NCBI RefSeq assembly: GCF_001194135.2
Contig: NC_068990.1
Span: forward strand, 25,081,959-25,145,958
Source: Octopus bimaculoides
Lineage: Eukaryota
Reading direction: 5' to 3'
Length of the DNA: 64,000 nucleotides
How positions within the stretch are numbered: position 1 is the first letter of the stretch; the number at the start of each line of letters is the position of its first letter. Both the position numbers and the translations under genes were made by a program. Below the pieces are notes generated by a model. The model saw only the letters and a program-made list of their open reading frames with translations. It searched no databases and was not told where the DNA came from. Positions 37,683 to 49,640 of the stretch are shown in pieces.

Positions 37683-40035
37683 GTTACCTAGTATATTACA
37701 GGTGTGTATTATTAACCCTGGACTGAAGAAAGATGAAAGTAACCCAGACAGGTATTGAAACTAGACTGTAGAGAGGTGAAAGCTGAATATACTGTGAAGA
37801 GATCTCATGTCCTCTTCCTGTCAACTCACCACACTTTTTTAATCTTAAAACCATAAGACAGTCAGTGTCTTTTGTTTCTTTAAAAAGAAAATTCATATTC
37901 AGAAACAAATTATTTGGAAAGTGAGGCTAGAAATATGTTCAAAATAAATTTAATTCTTTTTTAAGTGATTTCAAACATAATTAGGGGAAAAAATAACAAC
38001 AATAAAAAACTGAATAGAATTTCTGCAAAAATGATTAAATATGAGAATGGTAAAATAAAAGCATATTTGAAATGCTCACATAAGAAACTATATAATTTAT
38101 GTCCATGCTGTGTCTATTTCTAATTGTATGCATGCAAGGGAGGAGTGGGGTGGGGGCTAATGCTAAGTGTTACACCTATGTCGCAGCAAATTGAAGTAAA
38201 AATGTTTCTATAGGTTAAAAAACAAAAAAAAACAACAAATATTAATTGAAAATGAAAGCATACCAAAGCAAGGTAATTATTTATGAAAAATTAAATTAAG
38301 AGAAAACAAACAAAAATCAGCACCAACCTAACAAAGGGTTATTAAATGTTTTTTTGTTTATAATTGGATATCCAGTTCCTCCACAATAACTTGTAAAACA
38401 AAGCTTTCATTGTTAAATAGGAAATAAAAATGAGTGAGAGATATAGAAAAAGTTGTTGGAAGAGGGTTTTACATCTTGTAGCTTCTTCATATTGGTTCAA
38501 GATGTTACAGGATGTTTCAATATAAGTCACATCGAAATTTGTTACCAACACAAAAATCAGCTGTTTTAATGATGGCAAAAAAAAAGACCNNNNNNNNNNN
38601 NNNNNNNNNNNNNNNNNNNNNNNNNNNNNNNNNNNNNNNNNNNNNNNNNNNNNNNNNNNNNNNNNNNNNNNNNNNNNNNNNNNNNNNNNNNNNNNNNNNN
38701 NNNNNNNNNNNNNNNNNNNNNNNNNNNNNNNNNNNNNNNNNNNNNNNNNNNNNNNNNNNNNNNNNNNNNNNNNNNNNNNNNNNNNNNNNNNNNNNNNNNN
38801 NNNNNNNNNNNNNNNNNNNNNTTTAGTTCATTTATTGGAAAGAAAAATCATAAATAAATAAAGAAAGAAAAAGCAAATCTTTCAGGTTTGCAAATTTTCT
38901 AAGGCTATCTTTTGAAATGAGAAGAGAAAGAAGAAGAAAAAAAGAAATTCTTTGAAATATATTTGTATGTAAAGGATAATAACACAAAGACAAATAATTC
39001 TGTGGAATTGGTAATTTAAAAAAAAAAAGGAAATGAAAGAAATGTAACAAAAATGAGGATATTTTTCTCTTGAGTTTTTCCCTTCCCCATCATTTGTTTC
39101 TGATTTAAAGAATGGTTAAATGAATAAAGTAATTTATGTTTGTAAAAAAAAAAAATCACAATGTAAGAACTCCTCAATTGTAAAGAATGCTGATTGAAAA
39201 ATTATGGAACGATTAAATGGAATAATATTTTGTTTTTGGATTTGACACTCCCCAGACACAACAGTAAATGGAATAAGTATTTGTGAAAAAAACATGAGAA
39301 GATTGGAAATGATATGAGATATCTGTTTTACATGAACTATGAATAAATAAACATCCAATCACTTAATCTAAACTGAAAGCTAACGAACTAATAATCATTA
39401 TTCCCCCAAATTGTTTTATGAAATCTTTTTTAAAAAAAGAGAAAAAAAAGAAAAAGAAAATACTTGTCCATATTCACTAATAGTATAGTTGCAAGATATG
39501 AATGGTACTGAAGTGTTTAATATGCAAGACTTGACATTTTGATATGAGCAAGATGTAGACATGCTTTTAAAAACTTCCACTCAAAGCACATATATTAACA
39601 CAGATATCCACCAACGATGGGAATATAATGAATCAACATGCTAGAGGTAGACAGACAGAGACAGAGATTACAAAAAAAAAAAAAAAAAAAATCATATATG
39701 TATACATATAGAAAGTTTGAGAAACATTAGAACAAATCTGGTAAAGGAAATCTAAGCAGCAATCAGTAAAAATTAAGTCAGTAAACTATAATATCGATGC
39801 TTTCAAAGCATTAGTAAAACAGTATTCAGACAACTGTGTTGAGGGCAAGTTAAACAAAATGGCCATTGAGAGACTGTTGCCGGAATTCAACTAACTGCTC
39901 TTGCTTCACAAACCAGGCCCATTGCACCTGTACATAATGTTAGTACAGGAATTTTTCAGTAGGTTAGTTCAGAAACATGAAGCAAAAACCACATCATGAA
40001 AGCCTTCAATAAGTCCATTCCAAGGAGAACCATAC

Positions 40036-43000
40036 CTTACAGCTAGACTGTTGCCAAAACTGATTCCAAGAATTTGGTCGTGGTTTGACATCTTTTTTCT
40101 CTCTCAGGAATACATTGTTTTCTGTCTTATTTGCAAGAAGGTTAGGTTCCTTATTGCTGCTAATTTGCTTAGAATCTGTTAGTTGTATAGGTTCAGTTGG
40201 TTGAGGGTGGAGTTTGTCAGTAAATGATATTTGGTTAGTTTTATCTGCTGAGAAATCAGGAGAGGACTGAACATCAGATGGAACAACAGTTTCTAATCTG
40301 TTAGATGACACCGGTGACAGAGAGGAAGACAATCCACTTTGAGGCAGACCATCAGGAAGAGACAATTGTATTGCTTCTGTTGTAGCATCATTTATTGGTT
40401 TCTTAAATTCTGGATTTTCAGCAAATTCTTCTGTATGCAGAATATCTGAAGTTTGTTTGGAAGGTACTGTAGTTTCAAATGATTCCACTGTATTCTTGTC
40501 TGCATGTGAAGGCAAACCAATCAGAGGAAGTTGTTTATCCTTATTATCTGAGCCAGAAACCATTTCAAGAGGTTTCTGTGGCAGGTTGCTTTCCATATAG
40601 GGTTTAGCAGCATTTTCAGGTGTTACCAAAGTTTGGTTTGAATCAACTGAAAGAATTGGCTCCGTTTCTGACGAGGTTGTTTCTGTGTAGTCTGCATTAT
40701 TAGAATCTTTTAATCCTTCTCGTGTGCTGTTGCTAACTATTAATCCTGCAGCTATTGCTTCAATGAAGTCCAGCTTTTTGTGATCTCCTGGAGTAATATA
40801 AGTTCCCTTATGAGGATCGATTATACCTCGATTGATAGCTTCTTTAAGATTTATGATTGAATCCTGATTGAGGTCTCGAATTTCCATACAACTAGCTGTG
40901 ATCAAACCATTTCCAATAACAGTAGCGAGATCATTGTGTTTTCCAGAGCAAGGGTCACAGAAAAGCCCAAGCTTTTTATCATAAAGAGCCTGATCAACAG
41001 CACTGTATAGGGTCAGTCCACTTGGACTAATGATGAAACCTTGGTGAAGGGCTTCAGCCAAACTCATGCACTGCCCTGTCTGTGGGTTTTTAAATATACC
41101 AGTTTTGATATCAATAAGACCTAAACTAGCAGCTCTTCTTAGAGTAATTGATTGCACAGTATCAGGGTCAATAACTTGAGAATTTGATCGACTTAGCATT
41201 CCAGAAGCAAAAGCTTCTTCTAGTTTCATATTTTCTATCTCAGAATTATTCAAATCAGAATACGTGTTGTTAGTTTTATCACTTGCCGACATATCTGAAT
41301 TTATAGAATGGCTAAGATCAGCATTTTGAGCCTTTAACCCTTTATCCTCCTTTGAAATCCACCCCTTCTTTTTGGCGTCATAAAGGTTCATAATTTCATT
41401 AGACACAGGGTGTTTAAATTTACCTTTCTCCAATGATAAAAGGCCAATCGAATTGGCAACAAGGATGTTCATAGTTTCTAGAGTCTGAGGACACACAATT
41501 TCATCAGCTAAAGGATTTAAAAGTTCTAATTTCAAAGCATTCAGTATTGTCATAGAGTTGCCAGTATTGGGGTCTATTAAAAACCCTGTCTCAGGTTCAT
41601 ACAAACCTTTGTCAAGATAATCATTCAAAGTTGTTTCAGGGTTAGAACACTTCAAATTCAATGGCAGCATCAGTTGAGAGAGTTCTGGGTTATAGAGTAA
41701 TATTGGACTTTGTAATGGTTGCTCTGTGGCAGACGCTTGGATATTGGAAACATCACTGCTAACTGAAATATTCTGGGGTATGAATTTTGGTACTTTAGTC
41801 AGCATGATTTTTTCATCAGGTGCTGAAGAATTTTTAATTAAAGACAAACTGCACAATTCTGGCTTCATTTCCTGCAGAATTAATGTACTTTTAGAATTTG
41901 CCCTTTCATCAGGAAGCATTTTCATATCATCAGTCACAACTACTTTATTATCTGGTTCAACAGAACCTTTACTGTACAATAAAATTTCATTAGAAATGGT
42001 TTCTTTCTCAGTTCTCTGACCTCTCAAGATATCATCAGACAAGGACACAGAATCAGTTTTATCAGAATCAGTTCCTATTGATGTTGTACATGGCAAATTT
42101 TCTTGATTCTTTGAAGAACCACAAGGTAGTGTTGTAGACTCACCCTTATTAAATACATTTCTTTGAAGTTCATCCTGCCAAATTTCTGGTTCTTTTAGGT
42201 ACTTGAGAGGTTGCATTTTAGACAGAGAGTCTTTGACTATAACTTCTTTAAAAACTGTAAAGAATTCTTGAGTTCTAATGCAAGTATCAGCCCCTTCTGT
42301 GTATTCTTCTATATCATATAAAATCCTTGTTGGAGTCGTGTCTTGGATGGTTTCATGATCTGTTAATATGCTATCCGACACATCTGCACTTTCTACGTTC
42401 TCAGATACAGTTTTTATAGCAGTTGTATTCTGTAAAGTTTGCTCATCTCTAGGAGAACTATCAGACATTCCTATACATTCTACCTTATCAGAAACAGTTC
42501 TTAAGGCGGTTGAGTCTTGCAGCGTTGGCTGATTCTTTAGTGTATTAACAGACAGTGATGTATATGGTACCTCATTAAATACAGTGTTTTTGGAAGCCAC
42601 AGTATCAAAAGATTCCTGCATCTCTAATGAACTATCGAGTGTTGTTATACCTCCTGTTTCTTTACAAGCTGAATCTTGTGTTTGCTTTTGATTCTTTGGA
42701 GCAATATTAGGAAATGCTGTAAAGTCTGCTTTATCAGAAATATTTGGAACAGAATTTGAGATTTGGATCATTTCTTGATCTTTTTGGTAAGTATCAAGTA
42801 AATCCTTATTAAGTTGTATTCCTTCAGAAAGTTTAGCCTGTTGATTTTCTGGGTTTCTTGGTAAACTATCAGGTAGTCTTGGAGATGCTTCTTCATTTGA
42901 TCCAGTTCTTCTGGGAACTGTGACTTGCTGTGATGACTGGTCAAGTACTGTTCTTTTAGACATAGCGTCCTGCAAAGTTTCTTGACTGCCAACAGGATTC

Positions 43001-46000
43001 TTAGGAAGTGCAATAAAATTGGCTTCATTTACTGCAACTCCTTCGGAATGTGGATTTTGAAGCAATTCTTGTACATTAGATGAAGATTTCTCTAAATCTG
43101 GATGGTTTACATCAACTGTGAAAGTAGGATTCAGCAAGGCCTGCTGGGAGTTTGAAATACTTTTTAATGGCGTCACTTCTGCATTATTAACTGCATTTCC
43201 TTTGGAAATGTTTTCTGGTTTAAGTTGTGATTCAGCAAATGTCATAGATTTTGGATTCTTTGACATAGCACTTGCATCTTGCAACGATTCTTTACCTTTT
43301 GGTAAATTATCATTCAACAATGGAGTTGGCACATTAGAAAGTTTACTTTGCAAAGTTTCTGGAGAATGTAGAGAGCTGTTGTCCAATGATGGGTTTTGTT
43401 CGATAGTAGGTGTATCTTGTATGGTATGAACAAAGTTTGACGAAACACCATTTGATATTGGAAAGAATATTTGAGGTGCAACTTGTGAAGTTTCTAGACC
43501 ATTTGGGAAATTATTTGGCATCACACTGTGCACATTGTCAAGTGCCATTCCTTTTGAACTTACATCAGGAAATACATCTTTTGTCTTTTCCAATTCATTA
43601 TTTAATTCTGAAGGTTTTAAATGATCAAATATAATTCCTTTCAACACAGCATCTTGTAAAGTTAAATTGATGCCAGATTGAGTAAGACATCCTGTTGTTA
43701 GATCAAACATGTTGTCCTCAATAATGCTTGACAATAACAAAGGTTGTTTGTTGTCTGCTGAAACAAATGTATGGTTTATATTTATAAAACCTGAATCAAT
43801 AGCTTCCTTTAATGTCTGCCTTTTTCCTGTCGAAGTGTTCAACATGCAACTAGAATTGGAATCAAAAAGTTTCATGTTTACTGCTTTTCCCAAGTCAATT
43901 TGTTGGTCAGGAATGGTAAATATAGACCCGGATTTAACAGCTTTTTCCAAAGAAATTCTTGTCTTTTTAGATTTATTTAGCAGTGACATTGTCTTACTAC
44001 TAATCACTCCCTTTTCTAAAGCTTCATACAGAGTGAATACAGACCCATTTTCTGGATGTTTAATCAAAGATGTCTGTCCATCAATTAGATTACTTGATAA
44101 AGAATCAGTTAAATTCTTGTAATCATCTATTCTAGGATCCCAAAACATCTGTCTCTGAGAATCAAATACTCCATATTCATAGGCTGCTTTTAAACTGAGT
44201 TTAGGTTTCTCTGCATCAATGATATAACAAACTTCTAAAGCTTCTTTATAAGAAAGATGCTGGTTTCCAGGAATGGATAAAGTAAAGTTTTCAGGATTTA
44301 AAATTCTTTTTTTAACAGCAGTTTTAAAAGGAATGTAACATTTTAAATGAACATCCCATACCAATGGCTCTTTCAAAAATCCCATTTCACTATTTTGATG
44401 AAGTTGGGGTATATCTATCATTTGTTTACCATTCAAATTATTGCAAGGTAAGATTTTCTGAGTTTTTAGCCCTTCAGCAAGTGTATAGCTTCTATTTTGA
44501 GAAATAAATTTACCAGAAGAGTCTAAAACATTTGCCTCTATGGCTTGCAGAATGGATAGTGGGCTGGGGTGATCAGGGAACATAAAACGATCCTTATCGG
44601 ATAAGACATGAGACTCCACTGCTTCCTTCAATGGAATGAAAGCTTGTGTATAGATGTTGTAAACTGAATTAGTGTCCTCCTGGTAGAATCCCAGCTCAAT
44701 AGCCTCATTCAGACTAATGTTATTTGAGATATCCGATATAAGATTATTACTGAGGGCTGTAGAAAGATCAACACAAGATCCCTCAGAATTACAAAGAGTC
44801 CCTTTTACACTGTCAAACCAGCCTTGATCAATGGCTTGGTTTAGTGGTGAAAAAGATTCGCTGTTGGATTTTTTCACTAATGTTAGCTTTGAATCTATCA
44901 ACCCAATATCTACAGCATCTTGAATATCAATTTGTTTTCCTGATATTGGATCAATAACATTCTTTAAATCCTGATCAAAAAAGCCAGATTGAATAGCAGT
45001 GACAAGACCAACTGCAGATTGGCCTGTGGCAAGTCTGATGATGCCAGCATCAACAGCTTCTTTTAAATCAAGATCTTTACCATTAGACTTAATCTTAACA
45101 TCTTCAACATTTAAAATTCCCTTTTGAACAGCTTCGTCAATAGTCAGAAAATGATCTTCATGTTTAATTGTAATTTGATCAATCATTAGTAATCCACTGC
45201 TCACAGCTTCCTGCAAATTTTCAATCTTTCCTGATTTTGGATTCATAAATTTACAGGATTCTGGATTATAGATACCAAGTTTAACAGCTTCTATAGGAGT
45301 AGTTTCTGATGTACCTTTATCTTGAAGAATTAAACCTTTGCGTATTGCTTCTTCTAGAGGGTAACATTTTGAAGGTGTAATGTAGGAACCATCAGAAGCA
45401 CTTATAATCCCCTGTAGAATTCCACCACTCACAGTTAAAAGAGTTTGAGAATTTACATCTCGAACAGTGATAGAATTTTTGTCTAGAAGTCCAAATTCTA
45501 AAGCATTCATAAACGAACTTGGGAGTGAGGAAAAGGGATCAACAAATCTCTTTTTACAAGGATCATAAATTCCTTCTTCAAAAGCTTCCTGAAGTGTAAG
45601 GCCAGGCTGTGAGGAAATATCAAGAATCAATCCTTTATCTATGGCCTCAATCAAAGAGTATTCAGTCCCTCGATAGGATAACTCTGACCTTTCAGCATTA
45701 AACAAGTTATTTTCTAGAGCAGAACTGAAGCTACAAGCTTCACCAGCATCATTCCGCACTCGTACCAGATCAGTATCAATCAATCCAATATTGATTGCAT
45801 CAGAAAATGAAATTTCTTCATTAGTATTTGGATTTAGAAACAGATTAGTATCTTCATTGAAAAGTTCATCAAACATTTCAGTGAGAGATAATTTTAATGG
45901 CGAACGGCATCTCACAATCAACCCTTTCTCAAGAGCAAAGTTCAAAGCAATAGCTTGACTTTGAGCATCCATCATTTTACCAGAATCAACATCAATAAGC

Positions 46001-47538
46001 CGTTTGGAAATGGCTTCGCTAAGAATCATCACATCCCAACTTACAGGGTCTCTAACGAGAGATTCCATTCTTATAAATCCATCATCTATAGCAGTTGATA
46101 AAGGAACAGATTCATTTGATGGGTAAGTCACAGTATTTTTTAATGGGTTGTACAGGCCAGTAAGGATAGCCTCATCTAAAGTCACTGAATCGTTAGCATT
46201 TTCTGCTAAGAGAGGGGTACATAAAGACAGACTTTCTCTTCTCAGAGTGGAGACTGATGTTCTTCTTTTGGAAGAAAGAGTTGGCATTGAAGATCGTCTT
46301 CGGAGAGATGGCGATGTAGTAATTTTATCAGAGTTAAGCTGAATATTATCAGTTGTGAAATTTGAATTCAAAATTACATCAGATGGATTGTGTTGGAGTT
46401 GTTCATGATGTCGGGGTTGTTCATGAAGCAAAATTTTAAGCTTACGGGAGATTAAGAATTCTTTGTTTACAGCTTCAGTGATAGTTAGTTGCCTATTCTT
46501 ATTCAGATCAAGATAAAAACAGCCAACAGTATTTGAATGGAGAATATTTTCACAAAAAGCTTCTCTTATTGAAACGATTTGATTGGATTTTGTATTTACA
46601 ACTTCTTCAGAATATAGGCTCAAATATTGAAAACTTATCATCTCATCCAGAGTATACCATTTTCCTGTAGTGGTTTCCTTAAACAAATAATTGGAACTAT
46701 CAAAATTTCCTTCATGTACCAGATCAGCAATAGAAGTTTCAATTTTGTCAACTATGAAACCTTTATGCAGTGCTTCATTCCAGTCCAGCCATTTTTTCAA
46801 TGAAGAATTCTGAATCTGCCCAGTCTGAATATCAAACAGATGTCTGTCGTTAGCAGTGGCTAGATTAATAAATTCTTGGTTTTTCACATCTAACATTCTG
46901 GTTGCTGCTGTAACAGATCCTGTCTTGATAAGGTCAAATAAACCAGGACCAATTTTATTACGAAACTGGAAAAATTCTGATTCCTTTATTTCAGGGTGTT
47001 CCAAACAAATAATTCTTTCTTTGAAAGCTGATGCCAGAGAATATTGCAAATTACTGTTGCTAACGATTAAGTTTCCATTATCGATGTGAACCTGTCCTGA
47101 TAAAATAGCTTGCTCTAAACTAATCGAAGTTGAAGGATTCAAATGAAGAGTCACACTAGGTCCATAGAGTAAACCAGATTCTAAACTTTGGTGAAGGTTG
47201 AGTAATTCCATATTAGATGGGTGAGCAAATTTACAACTAAGAGGATCCCAGAATCCTTTAATAAAGTTCTTGCAATAGCAGTCGAGATTGGACACATACG
47301 GACAATCACCAGATACAATGGGAGGGGATGTAATATATTGATCGTTCAGATTTGATTGGGAAAAGCTATATGGATGCTCATCAATATCCTCACTGCTATC
47401 TGTAGTGGAGGAATTGGAACTATGAAAGCCATTTGGAATGGAATGGTGAAAACCTGGCAAACTTTGTTCTTTTGTCACAACTGTTGAAGATTTCTCACAA
47501 AGACCTTGACCTTTTGGATTGGGAGGCATATTCTTACC
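40036..47538 (-). CDS. MACF1: Giant exon 2: divergent plectin-repeat clusters plus low-complexity linkers (7503 nt, 2501 aa)
   Basis: Acceptor TAATTTTCAG|GGT AAG AAT ATG at 47538; donor TGT AAG|GTATGG at 40036; phase 0-0. Uninterrupted ORF 40006..47529 with plectin-type motifs such as VIDPISGKQIDIQDAVDIGLID. Confidence 0.88.
42022..42621 (-). repeat. Degenerate 87-bp (29-aa) coding repeat in giant exon 2
   Basis: Unit starts at 42621, 42534, 42447 and 42360 are exactly 87 bp apart; a further unit starts at 42108. Confidence 0.8.
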
Positions 47539-48234
47539 CTGAAAATTAGAATCTATATCTCAACAAAGAGTCATTAAATCCATACCTACTCTAAATTAAA
47601 TAAAAACAGAGGCAAATAAATCAATAAATATATAATACAAATATGTACAGATGAATTTTGTACTTTGTTTTGTTAATATAGTCTTAGAATTGTTTTTTAT
47701 GGTGATGGTAAGTCAAAATATCTTAATATAGGATCAAAAAAAAAAAAAAAAAATAAGGAAGAAACAATGAAAATGATGCTCTCCAAAAGGATAATAAATT
47801 TTTTAAATTCATAAACAACATGAAAGAGAAACTCAGAGTTAATGAACATGGAATGAAATCCACCCCAGCACTTTTTAGTACACGGAATGAAGTATTATGC
47901 TTCCCCCACCCTACTATCCTACAAGAAGTACATGATATGAACTTTCATCATCATCATTAGCAGCACTTATAAAAAGCACATGGAATGAGGTATTACCTTG
48001 CCTTATACCCACCACTCTTTAAAAAACATGAAATTAATCATTACTCTCCATCTAGCTTTTAAAAATGCACTAACAATGATAGGTCAACTCACGCACCAGT
48101 GAAAACATTAAAAAATACAAAAATAAAGTACTATTCTTCCATTTTTACAAATGTATACAAGACAAGGCATAACCTCACCACACATCTTCCCAAATGAACA
48201 CAGGAAAATTAAATATGACAAACATCTGACCTAT

Positions 48235-48455
48235 TTTCATATTGGTTTCAATTTTTGGCACAAGGTCAGTAATTTCAGGGGAGGGGATAAGTTGATTGTA
48301 TCAACCCCAGTGCTCAACTGGTACTTATTTATTGACCCCCACCAAAAGGATGAAAGGCAAAACTGACCCTGGCAGAATTTGAACTCAGAACATAAAGATG
48401 ACAAAATACCACAAAGCATTTTGCCTAGCAGGCTAACAATTCTGCCAACTCACAG
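48235..48455 (-). mobile_element. SINE family C, near full length
   Basis: TTGGCACAAGG...CAACCCCAGTGCTCAACTGGTACTTATTTATTGACCCC...GGATGAAAGGCAAA...GAATTTGAACTCAGAA...GCTAACAATTCTGCCA. Confidence 0.8.
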
Positions 48456-48699
48456 CTTTTGGAGCTATTTTAATATTGAAAATCATCTGTGTTCAACATT
48501 GGATATCTTCACAAGTATGAAGTATTAATTTTCTAACATCAGCACAAATCTTCCCATGTGAGGGTTGGGTGAGCCAATCAGCTTGACTCCAGTTCACAGT
48601 ACAAAGTTTTGATCTGCGATTGCAGTAAACCTGCTCATACACTGAAAACAGATGCAGATGAAGCAGCATCTTATAAAGTCTGGTTACTATTAGACTCAC

Positions 48700-49050
48700 T
48701 ATCATCATTTCAACATCCAGAGTTTTCCATGCTCAAATGTGTCATATGGAATTTGTTGAGGAAGATTTTCCATGGCCAGATGTCCTTTCTGTTGCCAACC
48801 CTCACCTGTTTCTAAGTAAGGTAATATTTCCCCATAACCTGACATGTCTTGAAAAATTGGAAATGAAGGATACCACTTGCATGATGGTGACACTTGCTTT
48901 TCACAATCACATGATGTCAAGGAAAGGAGACAATAACACATACAAATATGACAGGCTTCTTTCGGTTTCCACCTGCCAAACCCACAAAAAGCTTTGATTG
49001 GGCTATAACAGAAGACACCAACTCAAGGTGGAAACTTCTTATCACACAGG
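48700..49050 (-). mobile_element. SINE family B copy
   Basis: GGCCAGATGTCCTTTCTGTTGCCAACCCTCACCTGTTTC...GGTAATATTTCCCCAT matches 3880-3950. Confidence 0.75.
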
Positions 49051-49449
49051 CAGGCCTGCACCTAGACTAGTTTAAAATAATTTAATAAAGAATTAATATC
49101 CTAAAACAGGACATTATAAAAAAAGACTGTTGCAATTAGTTAAACAAATAACCATTTCTAATTTAGGTACCATGCCAGTAACTGCGAAGGGAGTGGGGTT
49201 AATTGATGACATTCATCCAGGAAATGACCGGTACTTTATCTAATCAACTCTGAAGTTGACCTCAGCAGGATTTGAACTCAGAATGTAAACAGAATGAATG
49301 CTGCAAAGCAATGTTTTTATCTGACACTCCAATGATGTTACCAACTCATCACCTTTGTTAACCAAATAATAAAACTGAAGTTTACAGGTCCAGGAAAATG
49401 TGTGTATATATTCAATGCTAAGAGACAAGTTTATATTATTCTTTCTAAT

Positions 49450-49640
49450 TTTGGCACAATGCCAGCAATTTCTTGAAGGGAAAGAGAAGTCAGTTACGTT
49501 GATTCCAGTGATCAATTGTAATTTATTTTATTAACCCTAAATGGATGAAAGGCAAAACCAACCTTGGTGGCATTTGAACTTGGAACATAAAGAGCTGGAA
49601 GAATTTTCTAGCGTGTTAACAATTCTACCAGTTTTCTGCC
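49450..49640 (-). mobile_element. SINE family C copy, followed by a second copy at 49665-49787
   Basis: Same motifs as 48235-48455. Confidence 0.75.

Noticed and set aside
38590-38821. Hidden exon in the N gap (also 21188-21781)
   Set aside because: Flanking exons join in phase with sensible protein continuity, so none is required; the gap content cannot be seen.
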